DNA of 64,000 bases from an uncultured Deefgea sp. GTDB taxonomy: Bacteria; Pseudomonadota; Gammaproteobacteria; Burkholderiales; Chitinibacteraceae. Shown here one piece after another: positions 21,503 through 30,975 of the stretch. The notes under the pieces are model-generated. The model worked only from the letters and a program-made list of their open reading frames with translations, was not told the DNA's origin and did no database searches. A program made the translations under genes and the position numbers. Positions within the stretch are counted from its first letter, which is position 1. Every line of letters begins with the position of its first letter. The stretch lies in NCBI RefSeq assembly GCF_947072475.1, contig NZ_CAMTIA010000013.1:4553-68552 (forward strand). The letters run 5' to 3'.

Positions 21503-21988
21503 ATGAAGTTAATAAAATTATGGCCAATTTTTTTACTGCTCGCTGCGGCAAGTGTTTTTGCTGATACCAAAATAGGATTTGTTGATACGCAACGCATTCT
21601 ACGCGAAGCATCGCCAGCAGTTCGCGCCGCTAAAAAACTAGAAAAAGAGTTCGAACCGCGACGCGCTGAAATGCAAAGGGTTTCGGCGCAAGGCAAATCA
21701 TTGCAACAAATTTTGGATAAAAACAATATTCCAGAAAGTGACCGTCGAATTAAAGAGCGCGAACTGATTAAATTAAATCAAGACTTTCAGCGTATGCAGC
21801 GTGAAATCAATGAAGATCTAAATGCTCGGCGTAATGAAGAATTGGCGGGCTTGCAAGAACGCGTTAATTTGGCGATTCGCACGGTCGCCGAAGGCGAAAA
21901 ACTAGACTTAGTGGTTCAAGACGCGGTTTATCGTAATCCAAAGATTGACGTTACTGATAAAGTCTTGAAACTATTGGTAGATAAATAA
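21503..21988 (+). CDS. skp: Periplasmic chaperone Skp/OmpH
   Basis: Signal peptide then KIGFVDTQRIL, coiled-coil body, C-terminal IDVTDKVLK; between bamA and lpxD. Start set at ATG 21503. Confidence 0.95.
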   Translation: MKLIKLWPIFLLLAAASVFADTKIGFVDTQRILREASPAVRAAKKLEKEFEPRRAEMQRVSAQGKSLQQILDKNNIPESDRRIKERELIKLNQDFQRMQREINEDLNARRNEELAGLQERVNLAIRTVAEGEKLDLVVQDAVYRNPKIDVTDKVLKLLVDK

Positions 21989-21990
21989 TC

Positions 21991-23064
21991 GTGCTTGAAA
22001 TAATAAAGTTATATAAATTATCGGCATTAATTAGCGCTTTTGGTGGTGAATTACGTGGAGAAGATGTAGAGATTTCTGCTATTTCATCACTAGATTCTGC
22101 AGTAGAAGGTTGTTTGTCATTTTGTTTGGGAAATAAATTTCTAAATCAGGCGAAAGCATGCCAAGCCTCTGCTTTGGTATTAAAGCAGTTTGAGCCGCAA
22201 TTGCAGTGTTCGCAAATCATCATTAAAGATCCTCAGCTGTTTATTGCACGGGTATTGTCTTTATTGTACCCAGCGCCTAAAGCACAAGGGAAAATCCACC
22301 ATTCAGCCATTGTGGCTGATGATGCGATTATTGATCCAAGCGCTGAGATTGGTCCTTTGGTGGTGGTTGAATCAGGCGCTGTCATTGGTGCCAATACACT
22401 AATACAAGCGGGCACTGTGATTGGCCAAAATGTTAAAATTGGCGCCAATTGTCTATTTCATGCACGGGTCGTGGTCTACGCCGACACTGAAATTGCTGAT
22501 TATGTTGAAATCCATAGTGGCGCAGTGATTGGATCTGATGGGTTTGGTAATGCTTGGGCCGGACAGCACTGGGAGAAAATCCCGCAGATTGGCCGAGTAC
22601 AGATTGGCTCGCACGTAGAAATTGGCGCAAATACGACGATAGATCGTGGGGCTTTGGACAATACCGTGATTGCCGATGGTGTGCGCTTAGATAACCAAAT
22701 CCAAGTGGCGCATAACGTCACTATCGGCGCACATACCGCCATTGCCGCATGCACGGGCATTGCTGGTTCAACAAATATTGGCGCTAATTGCTTAATCGGT
22801 GGTGGGGTGTTGATTGCCGGTCATATCGAGATTGCGGATCGGATTACTTTATTAGCGGGTAATGGCGTACCGTCTTCATTAACTGAAGCGGGCGTTTACG
22901 CCAGCGGCGTACCTGTGATGCCTTATGCGTCATGGGCGAGGAATGTATTGCAGTTTCGGCGTTTAGATGAAATGGCTAAGCGTGTTAAAAAAATCGAGAA
23001 ACAATGCTTAGTGAATGCATCTGAGCAGGAAGGAGAAACAAATGGAACAAATGGAACCTATTGA
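21991..23064 (+). CDS. lpxD: UDP-3-O-acylglucosamine N-acyltransferase
   Basis: Hexapeptide repeats, [35 protein letters not shown]. Confidence 0.98.
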   Translation: MLEIIKLYKLSALISAFGGELRGEDVEISAISSLDSAVEGCLSFCLGNKFLNQAKACQASALVLKQFEPQLQCSQIIIKDPQLFIARVLSLLYPAPKAQGKIHHSAIVADDAIIDPSAEIGPLVVVESGAVIGANTLIQAGTVIGQNVKIGANCLFHARVVVYADTEIADYVEIHSGAVIGSDGFGNAWAGQHWEKIPQIGRVQIGSHVEIGANTTIDRGALDNTVIADGVRLDNQIQVAHNVTIGAHTAIAACTGIAGSTNIGANCLIGGGVLIAGHIEIADRITLLAGNGVPSSLTEAGVYASGVPVMPYASWARNVLQFRRLDEMAKRVKKIEKQCLVNASEQEGETNGTNGTY

Positions 23065-23506
23065 TATTGTTGGCATCATGAAGCATTTGCCACATCGCTA
23101 CCCATTTTTATTAGTGGATCGTGTTTTGGAATTAGAAAAAGGAAAATCGGTTGTTGCATTGAAAAATGTATCAATGAATGAGCCTTTTTTTCAAGGACAT
23201 TTCCCTAAATATCCAGTAATGCCAGGGGTGTTAATTTTAGAAGCATTAGCGCAAGCTGCAGGTATTTTAACATTTAAAAGCATTGAGCCTGCCCCGTCAG
23301 AAGATACGATTTTGTTTTATGCGGGCATTGATAATGCGCGCTTTAAGCGTCAAGTTGTTCCTGGCGATCAATTGATTTTAAAAGCTGAAATTGTGGCCAG
23401 TAAACGTGGGATTTGGAAGTACGTTGCTAAAGCCTACGTTGGCGATGAATTAGCTTGTGAAGCTGATTTAATGTGCGCTCAGCGCGAAGTTACACCTAAT
23501 ACTTAA
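23042..23506 (+). CDS. fabZ: 3-hydroxyacyl-ACP dehydratase
   Basis: [35 protein letters not shown]; ATG 23042 follows a GGAG SD. Confidence 0.98.
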   Translation: MEQMEPIDIVGIMKHLPHRYPFLLVDRVLELEKGKSVVALKNVSMNEPFFQGHFPKYPVMPGVLILEALAQAAGILTFKSIEPAPSEDTILFYAGIDNARFKRQVVPGDQLILKAEIVASKRGIWKYVAKAYVGDELACEADLMCAQREVTPNT

Positions 23507-23513
23507 GAAATAT

Positions 23514-24290
23514 ATGCCAAGAATTCATCCTACTGCGCTGGTCGATTCAAATGCTGTTCTAGCTGATGACGTAACGATTGGCCCATATTCTATTATTGGG
23601 CCCAATGTTAAATTGTCTGCAGGTACCGTAGTTGAAGCGCATTGCGTGATTGAAGGTCACACTCAAATTGGTGAAAATAATCTATTTCATTCTTTTTGTT
23701 CTGTTGGTTGTGTGCCGCAAGATAAAAAATATAACGGTGAGCCCACCCAATTAACGATAGGGGATCGCAATACATTTTTTCAAAATGTGACGATTTCAGT
23801 AGGAACATCGCAAGATCGTGGCCATACCATTGTGGGTAATGACAATTGGATTATGGCTTATGCGCATATTGCGCATGATTGCATGGTGGGTAATAACGTG
23901 ATTTTGGCCAATAATGCAACCTTGGCAGGTCATGTTTCTATCGGTGATTTTGTTATTTTGGGTGGACTCACCGCAGTCCATCAATTCTGTGTCATTGGTG
24001 CGCATGCGATGGCGGGTGGTGGCTCTATTATTGTGCAAGATTTACCGCCTTTTGTGATGTGCGAAGGCAATCGGGCCAGTGCTCGTAGTATTAATATCGA
24101 AGGTTTAAAGCGTCGAGGGTTTAGTCCTGAGGCGATTTTGGCGGTCAAAAAAGCGTATAAAATTTTGTATCGCGACGGTATTGCTTATAGCGATGCAATC
24201 ATTCAAATTCGTGAAATGGCAAAAAATGAACCGGCTTTAGATTGTTTTGTCGATTTCTTTGATCAAGCCAAACGTGGGATTGTTCGTTAA
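23514..24290 (+). CDS. lpxA: UDP-N-acetylglucosamine acyltransferase
   Basis: PQDKKY, AYAHIAHDC, LAGHV, VHQF; hexapeptide repeats. Confidence 0.98.
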   Translation: MPRIHPTALVDSNAVLADDVTIGPYSIIGPNVKLSAGTVVEAHCVIEGHTQIGENNLFHSFCSVGCVPQDKKYNGEPTQLTIGDRNTFFQNVTISVGTSQDRGHTIVGNDNWIMAYAHIAHDCMVGNNVILANNATLAGHVSIGDFVILGGLTAVHQFCVIGAHAMAGGGSIIVQDLPPFVMCEGNRASARSINIEGLKRRGFSPEAILAVKKAYKILYRDGIAYSDAIIQIREMAKNEPALDCFVDFFDQAKRGIVR

Positions 24291-24295
24291 TACTT

Positions 24296-25480
24296 ATGAA
24301 CGATCAACTGTTTACCGCAGCGAAAGGGCCGCGTATCGCAATTGTTGCTGGAGAAGCTTCTGGTGATTTATTAGGCGCGGCTTTAATTCAAGCATTACTT
24401 CATCTTTTTCCAACGGCACAATTTTCTGGCGTTGCGGGGCCTAAAATGTTGGCGGCGGGTGCCAAAACGATAGAACCAATGGAAACATTATCTGTAGGTG
24501 GGATTGTTGAGGTGATTCGACATTTACCAAACCTACTGAAATTGCGCCGACGTTTAGTTCGTTCGATTAAAAATGAACGGCCCGATTTGTTAATTACGAT
24601 CGATGCCCCGGATTTTAATATTGGATTGGCGCGTAAAGTAAAACGCTGTGGCATTCAGACCGTACATTATGTGAGCCCTTCGGTATGGGCTTGGCGTCCA
24701 GAGCGAATTAAAGCGATTGCTAAAGCGGTATCGCATATGCTACTTATTTTGCCGTTTGAAAAGGCGATTTATCAGCAAGCCAATATTCCCGCTACTTATG
24801 TCGGTCATCCTTTGGCAGATTTAATGCCTTTAATGGATGAGCAATTAAAGATGCGTGAAATACTCAATATTGGAACGACTCAAAAAGTATTAGCGGTTTT
24901 GCCGGGTAGTCGCCAGCGCGAAGTGAAAGTGATGGCGGCAATTTTTGTAAAAACCGCATTGCGTTTGTCTGAAATGCAAACGGATATGGTTTTTTTAGTG
25001 CCGTTTATTACGCGCGAAACGCGGCAAATATTTGAAAGTGAAATTTGGCTACAAAATGCGCAGTTACTTGATTGGCGTTTAATGTTTGGCCATTCACATG
25101 AAGCGATGATTGCGTCGGATGCTATTTTATTGGCGTCAGGCACGGCGGCATTAGAAGCTATGCTGGCGAAAAAACCGGTGGTGGTGGCGTATAAAATCAG
25201 CCCGTTAACTTATAAAATAGTTAAAAGAAAGTTTTTATTGCCCTATGTCAGTTTGCCCAATATTATTGCGGGCCGTTTTATTGTTCCTGAATTTTTGCAA
25301 GACGAAGCCGAGCCCGATAATTTAGCACAGGCATTAAATAATTATTTACTCGATAAAACCTTGTCGAGTGAATTGGCAGCGGTTTTTACTTTGCAGCATC
25401 AAACTTTGCAATGCAATGCTGCCGCTCGGGCAGCGGCAGCTGTGGCGCTGTTATTACCTAAAAGTGTATCGGCATGCTGA
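24296..25480 (+). CDS. lpxB: Lipid A disaccharide synthase
   Basis: [45 protein letters not shown]. Confidence 0.98.
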   Translation: MNDQLFTAAKGPRIAIVAGEASGDLLGAALIQALLHLFPTAQFSGVAGPKMLAAGAKTIEPMETLSVGGIVEVIRHLPNLLKLRRRLVRSIKNERPDLLITIDAPDFNIGLARKVKRCGIQTVHYVSPSVWAWRPERIKAIAKAVSHMLLILPFEKAIYQQANIPATYVGHPLADLMPLMDEQLKMREILNIGTTQKVLAVLPGSRQREVKVMAAIFVKTALRLSEMQTDMVFLVPFITRETRQIFESEIWLQNAQLLDWRLMFGHSHEAMIASDAILLASGTAALEAMLAKKPVVVAYKISPLTYKIVKRKFLLPYVSLPNIIAGRFIVPEFLQDEAEPDNLAQALNNYLLDKTLSSELAAVFTLQHQTLQCNAAARAAAAVALLLPKSVSAC

Positions 25481-26049
25481 TTTGTGGGGTGGATGAAGCT
25501 GGGCGTGGCCCATTGGTGGGGTCGGTCTTTGCGGGGGCGGTCATACTGCCCAATACGCATACGATTAAAGGCCTGACTGACTCAAAAAAACTGTCAGAAA
25601 AGCAACGTGATCGTTTAGCTATTTGTATTAAAGAACAAGCCATTGCGTGGGCGGTAGCCAGTGCAACTGCGGCAGAGGTAGATGAGATTAATATTTTACA
25701 AGCGACCTTGCTCGCTATGCAGCGTGCGGTAAGTGCTTTGTCTATTACGCCAAGTGAAGTCTTGGTTGATGGTAATCGATCACCTGTTTTCATGATGCCC
25801 AGTCGGGCGATTATTAAAGGTGATGCAAGCGAAGCGTGTATCTCCGCCGCTTCCATTTTGGCCAAAGTGAGCCGAGATGCCGAAGCGTATGCTTTGGATT
25901 TGCTATATCCGCAATACGGTTTTGCCCAGCATAAGGGCTATGGAACGGCAAAACATTTGGCAGCACTGGCTCAATTTGGCCCTATTTCTGAACACCGTAT
26001 CTCATTCGCACCCGTTCGAGCTGCATACGCGCAACGTCAGCTATTTTAA
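25474..26049 (+). CDS. rnhB: Ribonuclease HII
   Basis: [44 protein letters not shown]. Confidence 0.98.
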   Translation: MLICGVDEAGRGPLVGSVFAGAVILPNTHTIKGLTDSKKLSEKQRDRLAICIKEQAIAWAVASATAAEVDEINILQATLLAMQRAVSALSITPSEVLVDGNRSPVFMMPSRAIIKGDASEACISAASILAKVSRDAEAYALDLLYPQYGFAQHKGYGTAKHLAALAQFGPISEHRISFAPVRAAYAQRQLF

Positions 26050-26125
26050 ACGTTGTCGTGATCTGCTGTAACTTCTATGATGTATTGAAGTAATTTATTA
26101 TGACCGCTAACTAGGAAGCTGGCTT

Positions 26126-26986
26126 ATGTTTGTCATTATTGGCTACATTTTTATGTGCGTCTGTATTTTGGGGGCATATGTCTGGCATGGTGGTCATTTG
26201 GCAGTGTTTTGGCAACCGTCGGAAATTATTATTATTTTCGGTGGTGCCATTGGCGGGATGATTGCGGGCTCAAGCGCGAAAGGGCTGAAATTATTCACTA
26301 AAGCTTTGCCGACGATTTTCAAAGGAACGCCATTTAATAAAGCATTTTATATGGATTTATTTGCTTGTCTTTTTGAATTGCTCGCCAAAGTACGCAAAGA
26401 AGGTTTGATGTCGATTGAAGGCGATGTTGAAGATCCGCATGCCAGTCCGATTTTTTCTAAATACCCCAAAATTGCGCACGATCATCATGTCACCGATTTT
26501 ATTTGCGACTATTTGCGCTTAATGGTGGGCGGCAATTTAAATGCATTTGAAATCGAAAATCTAATGGATATCGAAATTGAAGCGCATCATAACGAAGCCC
26601 ATGTGGCGGCCGGGATGATGGCCAAATTAGGCGATGGTTTGCCCGCGTTTGGTATTGTTGCTGCAGTGATGGGGGTGGTGCATGTAATGGGGTCTTTGCA
26701 TTTGCCACCGTCTGAATTGGGTAAATTAATTGGTGCAGCATTGGTCGGTACCTTTATGGGGATTTGGTTGGCTTATGGTTTTGTTGGGCCACTAGCCAAT
26801 GTATTAGAAACTAAAATGGCCGAAGGGCATCAAGTGTTCTTAACCATTAAAGTGACATTAATTGCTAGCTTGAATGGCTATGCACCGCAAGTTGCCGTTG
26901 AATTTGGGCGTAAAGCATTAGATTCAACTGAGCGCCCTTCGTTTAAAGAATTAGAAGAATTTGTAAAAAACGCTAAATCTAAATAA
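26126..26986 (+). CDS. motA: Flagellar stator protein MotA (enteric H+-type)
   Basis: KVRKEGLMSIEGDVEDP (conserved rotor-contact Arg/Glu), PAFGIVAAV.GV, ALVGTFMGI, AVEFGRK. Confidence 0.96.
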   Translation: MFVIIGYIFMCVCILGAYVWHGGHLAVFWQPSEIIIIFGGAIGGMIAGSSAKGLKLFTKALPTIFKGTPFNKAFYMDLFACLFELLAKVRKEGLMSIEGDVEDPHASPIFSKYPKIAHDHHVTDFICDYLRLMVGGNLNAFEIENLMDIEIEAHHNEAHVAAGMMAKLGDGLPAFGIVAAVMGVVHVMGSLHLPPSELGKLIGAALVGTFMGIWLAYGFVGPLANVLETKMAEGHQVFLTIKVTLIASLNGYAPQVAVEFGRKALDSTERPSFKELEEFVKNAKSK

Positions 26987-27011
26987 TGCAGTCTTTAAGG
27001 GTTGATAAATA

Positions 27012-27935
27012 ATGAGCGATGACTCTCAGCGCCCCATTGTTGTAAAAAAAATCAAAAAAGGCGGCGGCGGCCATCATGGTGGGGCATGGAAAATTGCCTA
27101 TGCCGACTTTGTGACGGCCATGATGGCGTTTTTTTTATTGATGTGGCTATTAGGCTCGGTCTCTAAAGGCAATTTAAAAGGCATTTCTGATTATTTTAAT
27201 AACCCGTTAAAAGTCGCCAATGCTGGGGGCTCTGGATCGGGGGATGCGGATTCCTTGATTCAAGGCGGTGGTAATGACATTACCCAGCAAGCGGGGCAAG
27301 TGAAGAAAGGTGACCCGCCGGCGCAAGCCGAGGCGGCAAAAGATAAAAAAAGACTCAGTGAATTAAAGCAAAAATTTGAAGCTTTAATGAACGACAAAAT
27401 GAAACAAAACACCAATTTAGGGCAGTATAAAAACCAAATTAAATTGGATATGGTTGCGGAAGGCTTGCGCATTCAGATTGTTGACGAACAAAATCGGCCG
27501 ATGTTTAAATCAGGCAGCTCCGAGCTTGAAGAGTACGCGCATGGCGTCTTGCAAGAAATCGCGCAATTACTCAATGAAGTGCCCAATACGGTTTCTTTAG
27601 CCGGTCACACCGACGGTACGCAATTTGCTGGTGGCGCAGCAGGTTTTACCAATTGGGAATTGTCGTCAGAGCGGGCAAATTCATCGCGTCGCGAGTTAAT
27701 TATTGGTGGCTTAGATCCAGAAAAAGTGTTGCGAGTGAATGGGTTTGGCGATGTCATTCCACTGGATAAAGGCAATGTCTATAACCCAGTCAATCGCCGA
27801 ATTAGTATTGTGGTGCTCAATCGCGATGCAGAAACCGATATTCGTCGTCAAGCCGGTAAAAATGAAGACGCCGCTGAGCCGACTGCGGCAGGGCAAGAAG
27901 GCTTTGTCAATCCAATACAAAAACCTGCGCAATAG
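27012..27935 (+). CDS. motB: Flagellar stator protein MotB
   Basis: HGGAWKIAYADFVTAMMAFF with the proton-binding Asp; OmpA-like PG-binding domain GHTD, NWELSSERAN, NRRISI. Confidence 0.97.
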   Translation: MSDDSQRPIVVKKIKKGGGGHHGGAWKIAYADFVTAMMAFFLLMWLLGSVSKGNLKGISDYFNNPLKVANAGGSGSGDADSLIQGGGNDITQQAGQVKKGDPPAQAEAAKDKKRLSELKQKFEALMNDKMKQNTNLGQYKNQIKLDMVAEGLRIQIVDEQNRPMFKSGSSELEEYAHGVLQEIAQLLNEVPNTVSLAGHTDGTQFAGGAAGFTNWELSSERANSSRRELIIGGLDPEKVLRVNGFGDVIPLDKGNVYNPVNRRISIVVLNRDAETDIRRQAGKNEDAAEPTAAGQEGFVNPIQKPAQ

Positions 27936-27936
27936 G

Positions 27937-28662
27937 ATGTCAGTCAGAAATTGGCCGCAAAGTGCTATTTTTTTGTTAATTACACTGACCTCTTTGCTAT
28001 TACTGGTCCCGCTCAGTCATTTTTTTAGTCCTTTGGCCGCGACGATGGTTATTCCATTGGCGGCGTTTATCGCTGCGTATGTCTTGCATGACCGTTTCTG
28101 GTGGAAATGGATGCATTTATGCTTTTTACCGCTGTTGATTGTTTGTTCTCAATTTGACATTCAATCGTATTGGTATTTGCTAGCCTTGTTGTTGTGCTGG
28201 TTTATTTTTGGCCGAGTGATGATTTCACGCGTGCCTTTGTATTTAAGTAACCGCGCCGCTTTGCTGCAGTTGCAGGCTATCGTGCCAGCGCAGGCCAATT
28301 TCTTAGATATTGGCGCAGGTACTGGCACTGTTTTGAATTATTTGGCTCAGCATCGAGCCGATTTAAGCTTATGTGGTGTGGAGTATGCAAAAGGGCCTTG
28401 GTTGCTTGGCAAAATGCGTTTGCCTACTAAGGTCGCATGGCTCAATGTGGACTACAAAAATATCGATTTAGGCGCTTTTGAGTGTGTCTATGCTTTTTTG
28501 TCCTCAGCGGCGATGCCCGATTTATGGCAGCAAGCCGTACAACAAATGCGCCCGGGTACTTTGTTTATTAGTAATACTTTTGTGGTTCCAGAAATTCCTG
28601 CGGATCAAATGATCGATTTAAATGATTGGAAAGACGGTAAGCTTTTCCTATGGCGAATGTAA
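27937..28662 (+). CDS. Membrane-anchored class I SAM-dependent methyltransferase
   Basis: ATG 1 nt after the motB stop; three to four hydrophobic N-terminal helices, VPLYLSNR, motif I FLDIGAGTG, VYAFLS..AMP.LW. Confidence 0.8.
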   Translation: MSVRNWPQSAIFLLITLTSLLLLVPLSHFFSPLAATMVIPLAAFIAAYVLHDRFWWKWMHLCFLPLLIVCSQFDIQSYWYLLALLLCWFIFGRVMISRVPLYLSNRAALLQLQAIVPAQANFLDIGAGTGTVLNYLAQHRADLSLCGVEYAKGPWLLGKMRLPTKVAWLNVDYKNIDLGAFECVYAFLSSAAMPDLWQQAVQQMRPGTLFISNTFVVPEIPADQMIDLNDWKDGKLFLWRM

Positions 28663-30047
28663 AATCTGCAAGTCCTGCGTGGCTGCAATTTTGGGAACGG
28701 CGCGCCATTCCTATTTTGCAAGAATCACGCAATCAACTCATGGGAATGATCCGCCGCGCGGATTTGATTCGACCCAGCGAGGTCGCTGAAATCGTCGCAC
28801 GTGATCCTTTGCTGACAGCGCAAGTGCTCCGGATGATGAATCAACGGCAAAAAAGCACAATGTCAGCGGATGTGGTGGCGATTGAAGCTGCGATTTTACT
28901 CATTGGGGTAACACCATTTTTAGACCGTTTTTCTCGCGCGCAAACGGTAGAGGCGGTGATGCTGCCTGCACATCAGGCCGAATATGGTCAACTATTAAAG
29001 CGGATTTTCGAAGCCCGTTTGGCGCGACGCTTGGCGACAATTTTTGCCAATAAACGCTTTGATGCCAAGCTCGGTGAAATTCAAGCTGCCGCTATATTAG
29101 CCAATTTATGCGAATCCTTGGCCTTGATTGCGCCGCATTTGGATGAACAAGCACCCGCAGCTTCTTTCGATGTGTTGTCTTTATTGCAGCTATGGCAAAT
29201 GCCGCCGCCGATTCTTGATTTGATCCGTGTAGATGCTGAGCCGGCGACGCGCAGTGTGTTGCAGCATGCCGTAGTGCCCTTGTCTCGACAGCTTGAGCGT
29301 GGCTGGTGGCAAGACGAGATTCAGCAGCGTTTAGTCACCATCGCAGGGGTATTGAATTTTTCTTTGGAACAAGTTTGGCATGTGCTGACCGCGCAGTTGC
29401 TGGCTTTTGCGCGCAAAGAGGGTAAAAGCACACAGTTGTATTCACCGGCCCGATATCTAGTGATGCTGCCAGGTGATTGGCCTGCGCCAGTGAATGCGGC
29501 AAAATCCACAGAGAGCGTGGCTGCGGTGCCAAGCAAAGATATTCTGGCCGAAAGAATGCAAGCTTTGCATTTGGCAGCCGTGCAGGGCGTGCCGACCAAT
29601 CAAGTGATGGCTTTGGCGGTACGGGCTTTGGCCGATGGTTTAGGCCTGCAGCGGATTGCATTTACTTTATTGATGGCCGCCGAAAACGCATTGCGCGCGC
29701 GCTATGTACAAGGGGTTGCGCCGAGCGATCCTTTGCATACTTTGCGGATTGCTTTAGAAAAACAGCATGTTTTTACCAAGTTATTACAAAAGCCGCAGAG
29801 CTTTTGGCTCAATGCAGATAATTACGCCCAGTTTGCACCGCATTTACCGGCTGAGTTGGTCGAGCAAATCGGCGCGAAAAGCTTTTGTGCCATGTCGATT
29901 TTTGTCGGTACGCAGCCGGTGGGCTTGATTTATGCCGATTCAGGTTTAGAGGGCGTGGTGAACGAATTTCATTACACGCACTTTAAACAAATATGTATTT
30001 TAGCGAGCAAGGCCTTAGCGCATAATGCGCGCCGCTCCTCAGTGTGA
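28650..30047 (+). CDS. HDOD-domain protein with C-terminal GAF-like domain
   Basis: HDOD signature DPLLTAQVLR..N...IEAAILLIG; C-terminal LGLQRIAFTLL...FCAMSIFVGTQPVGLIYAD fits a GAF-like fold. Confidence 0.75.
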   Translation: MANVKSASPAWLQFWERRAIPILQESRNQLMGMIRRADLIRPSEVAEIVARDPLLTAQVLRMMNQRQKSTMSADVVAIEAAILLIGVTPFLDRFSRAQTVEAVMLPAHQAEYGQLLKRIFEARLARRLATIFANKRFDAKLGEIQAAAILANLCESLALIAPHLDEQAPAASFDVLSLLQLWQMPPPILDLIRVDAEPATRSVLQHAVVPLSRQLERGWWQDEIQQRLVTIAGVLNFSLEQVWHVLTAQLLAFARKEGKSTQLYSPARYLVMLPGDWPAPVNAAKSTESVAAVPSKDILAERMQALHLAAVQGVPTNQVMALAVRALADGLGLQRIAFTLLMAAENALRARYVQGVAPSDPLHTLRIALEKQHVFTKLLQKPQSFWLNADNYAQFAPHLPAELVEQIGAKSFCAMSIFVGTQPVGLIYADSGLEGVVNEFHYTHFKQICILASKALAHNARRSSV

Positions 30048-30829
30048 AACCAATGGAAATTATTACTTCGTCGCAAAACAGTCATTTCAAGCACGCCTTA
30101 AAGCTTTCGCAAAATCGGCGTGAGCGCAATAAAACCCAGCAAACGCTGTTAGATGGCGCTCACTTATTGGCCGCATGGCTTGATGCTGGGCATGCGATTG
30201 AAAAAATCATTGTTTCTGAAGCAGGCTATCAGCGCGCAGAAGTGCAAAGCTTGTTGGCACGCAGTGCGTGTAGCGTGCTTTGTTTGGCCAATGCGCTATT
30301 TAGCCAACTGACCGAGCTGCCCAGCGCGACCGGGGTTTTGACCTTGGTCGGCATCCCTAGCGCACCGCAGGCGCAGCATACTGGTTGGGTGTTATTGCTG
30401 GATGGCGTACAAGACCCGGGCAATGTTGGGGCGATTTTACGTACCGCACAAGCTGCAGGTGTTGAGCAGGTATGGCTCTCTAGTGCCTGCGCCGATGTCT
30501 GGTCGCCAAAGGTACTCAGGGCGGGTATGGGGGCGCAATTGGCCTTGCCGATGATTGAAAATGCCGATCTTTGCCAGCTTGCCAGCCAGTTTAAAGGCCC
30601 TATTGCCGCGACTTTGCTCGATGGCGCCGCTGATTTATATGATGCGCCACTACAAGGTGATTTGGCTTTGGTTTTAGGCTCGGAAGGGGCCGGCGTGACC
30701 GATGCGTTGGCCGATCTCGCTACGCTTAGAATTAAAATTCCAATGCAAGCGGGGATTGAATCGCTTAATGTTGGCCATGCAGCAGCGATTTGTTTGTATG
30801 AAATTAAACGCCAGAATCGGGTCCGCTAG
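30044..30829 (+). CDS. TrmH/SpoU-family RNA methyltransferase
   Basis: ITSSQN.HFK, LLDGVQDPGNVGAILRTA, LGSEGAGV, IPM..GIESLNV. Confidence 0.93.
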   Translation: MKPMEIITSSQNSHFKHALKLSQNRRERNKTQQTLLDGAHLLAAWLDAGHAIEKIIVSEAGYQRAEVQSLLARSACSVLCLANALFSQLTELPSATGVLTLVGIPSAPQAQHTGWVLLLDGVQDPGNVGAILRTAQAAGVEQVWLSSACADVWSPKVLRAGMGAQLALPMIENADLCQLASQFKGPIAATLLDGAADLYDAPLQGDLALVLGSEGAGVTDALADLATLRIKIPMQAGIESLNVGHAAAICLYEIKRQNRVR

Positions 30830-30975
30830 TCAGGTCAATCGCGCTGATCTGAATCATGTACGAATGCTATGCTAGTGGATCGTACTCTGCATGAAACGCG
30901 GCGGCACAGCGTGCTTAACGTTGTACCGCCGTATTGGAGCCAGTCAAACCGGTGGTTTAACTAAAAAACGCCGGC

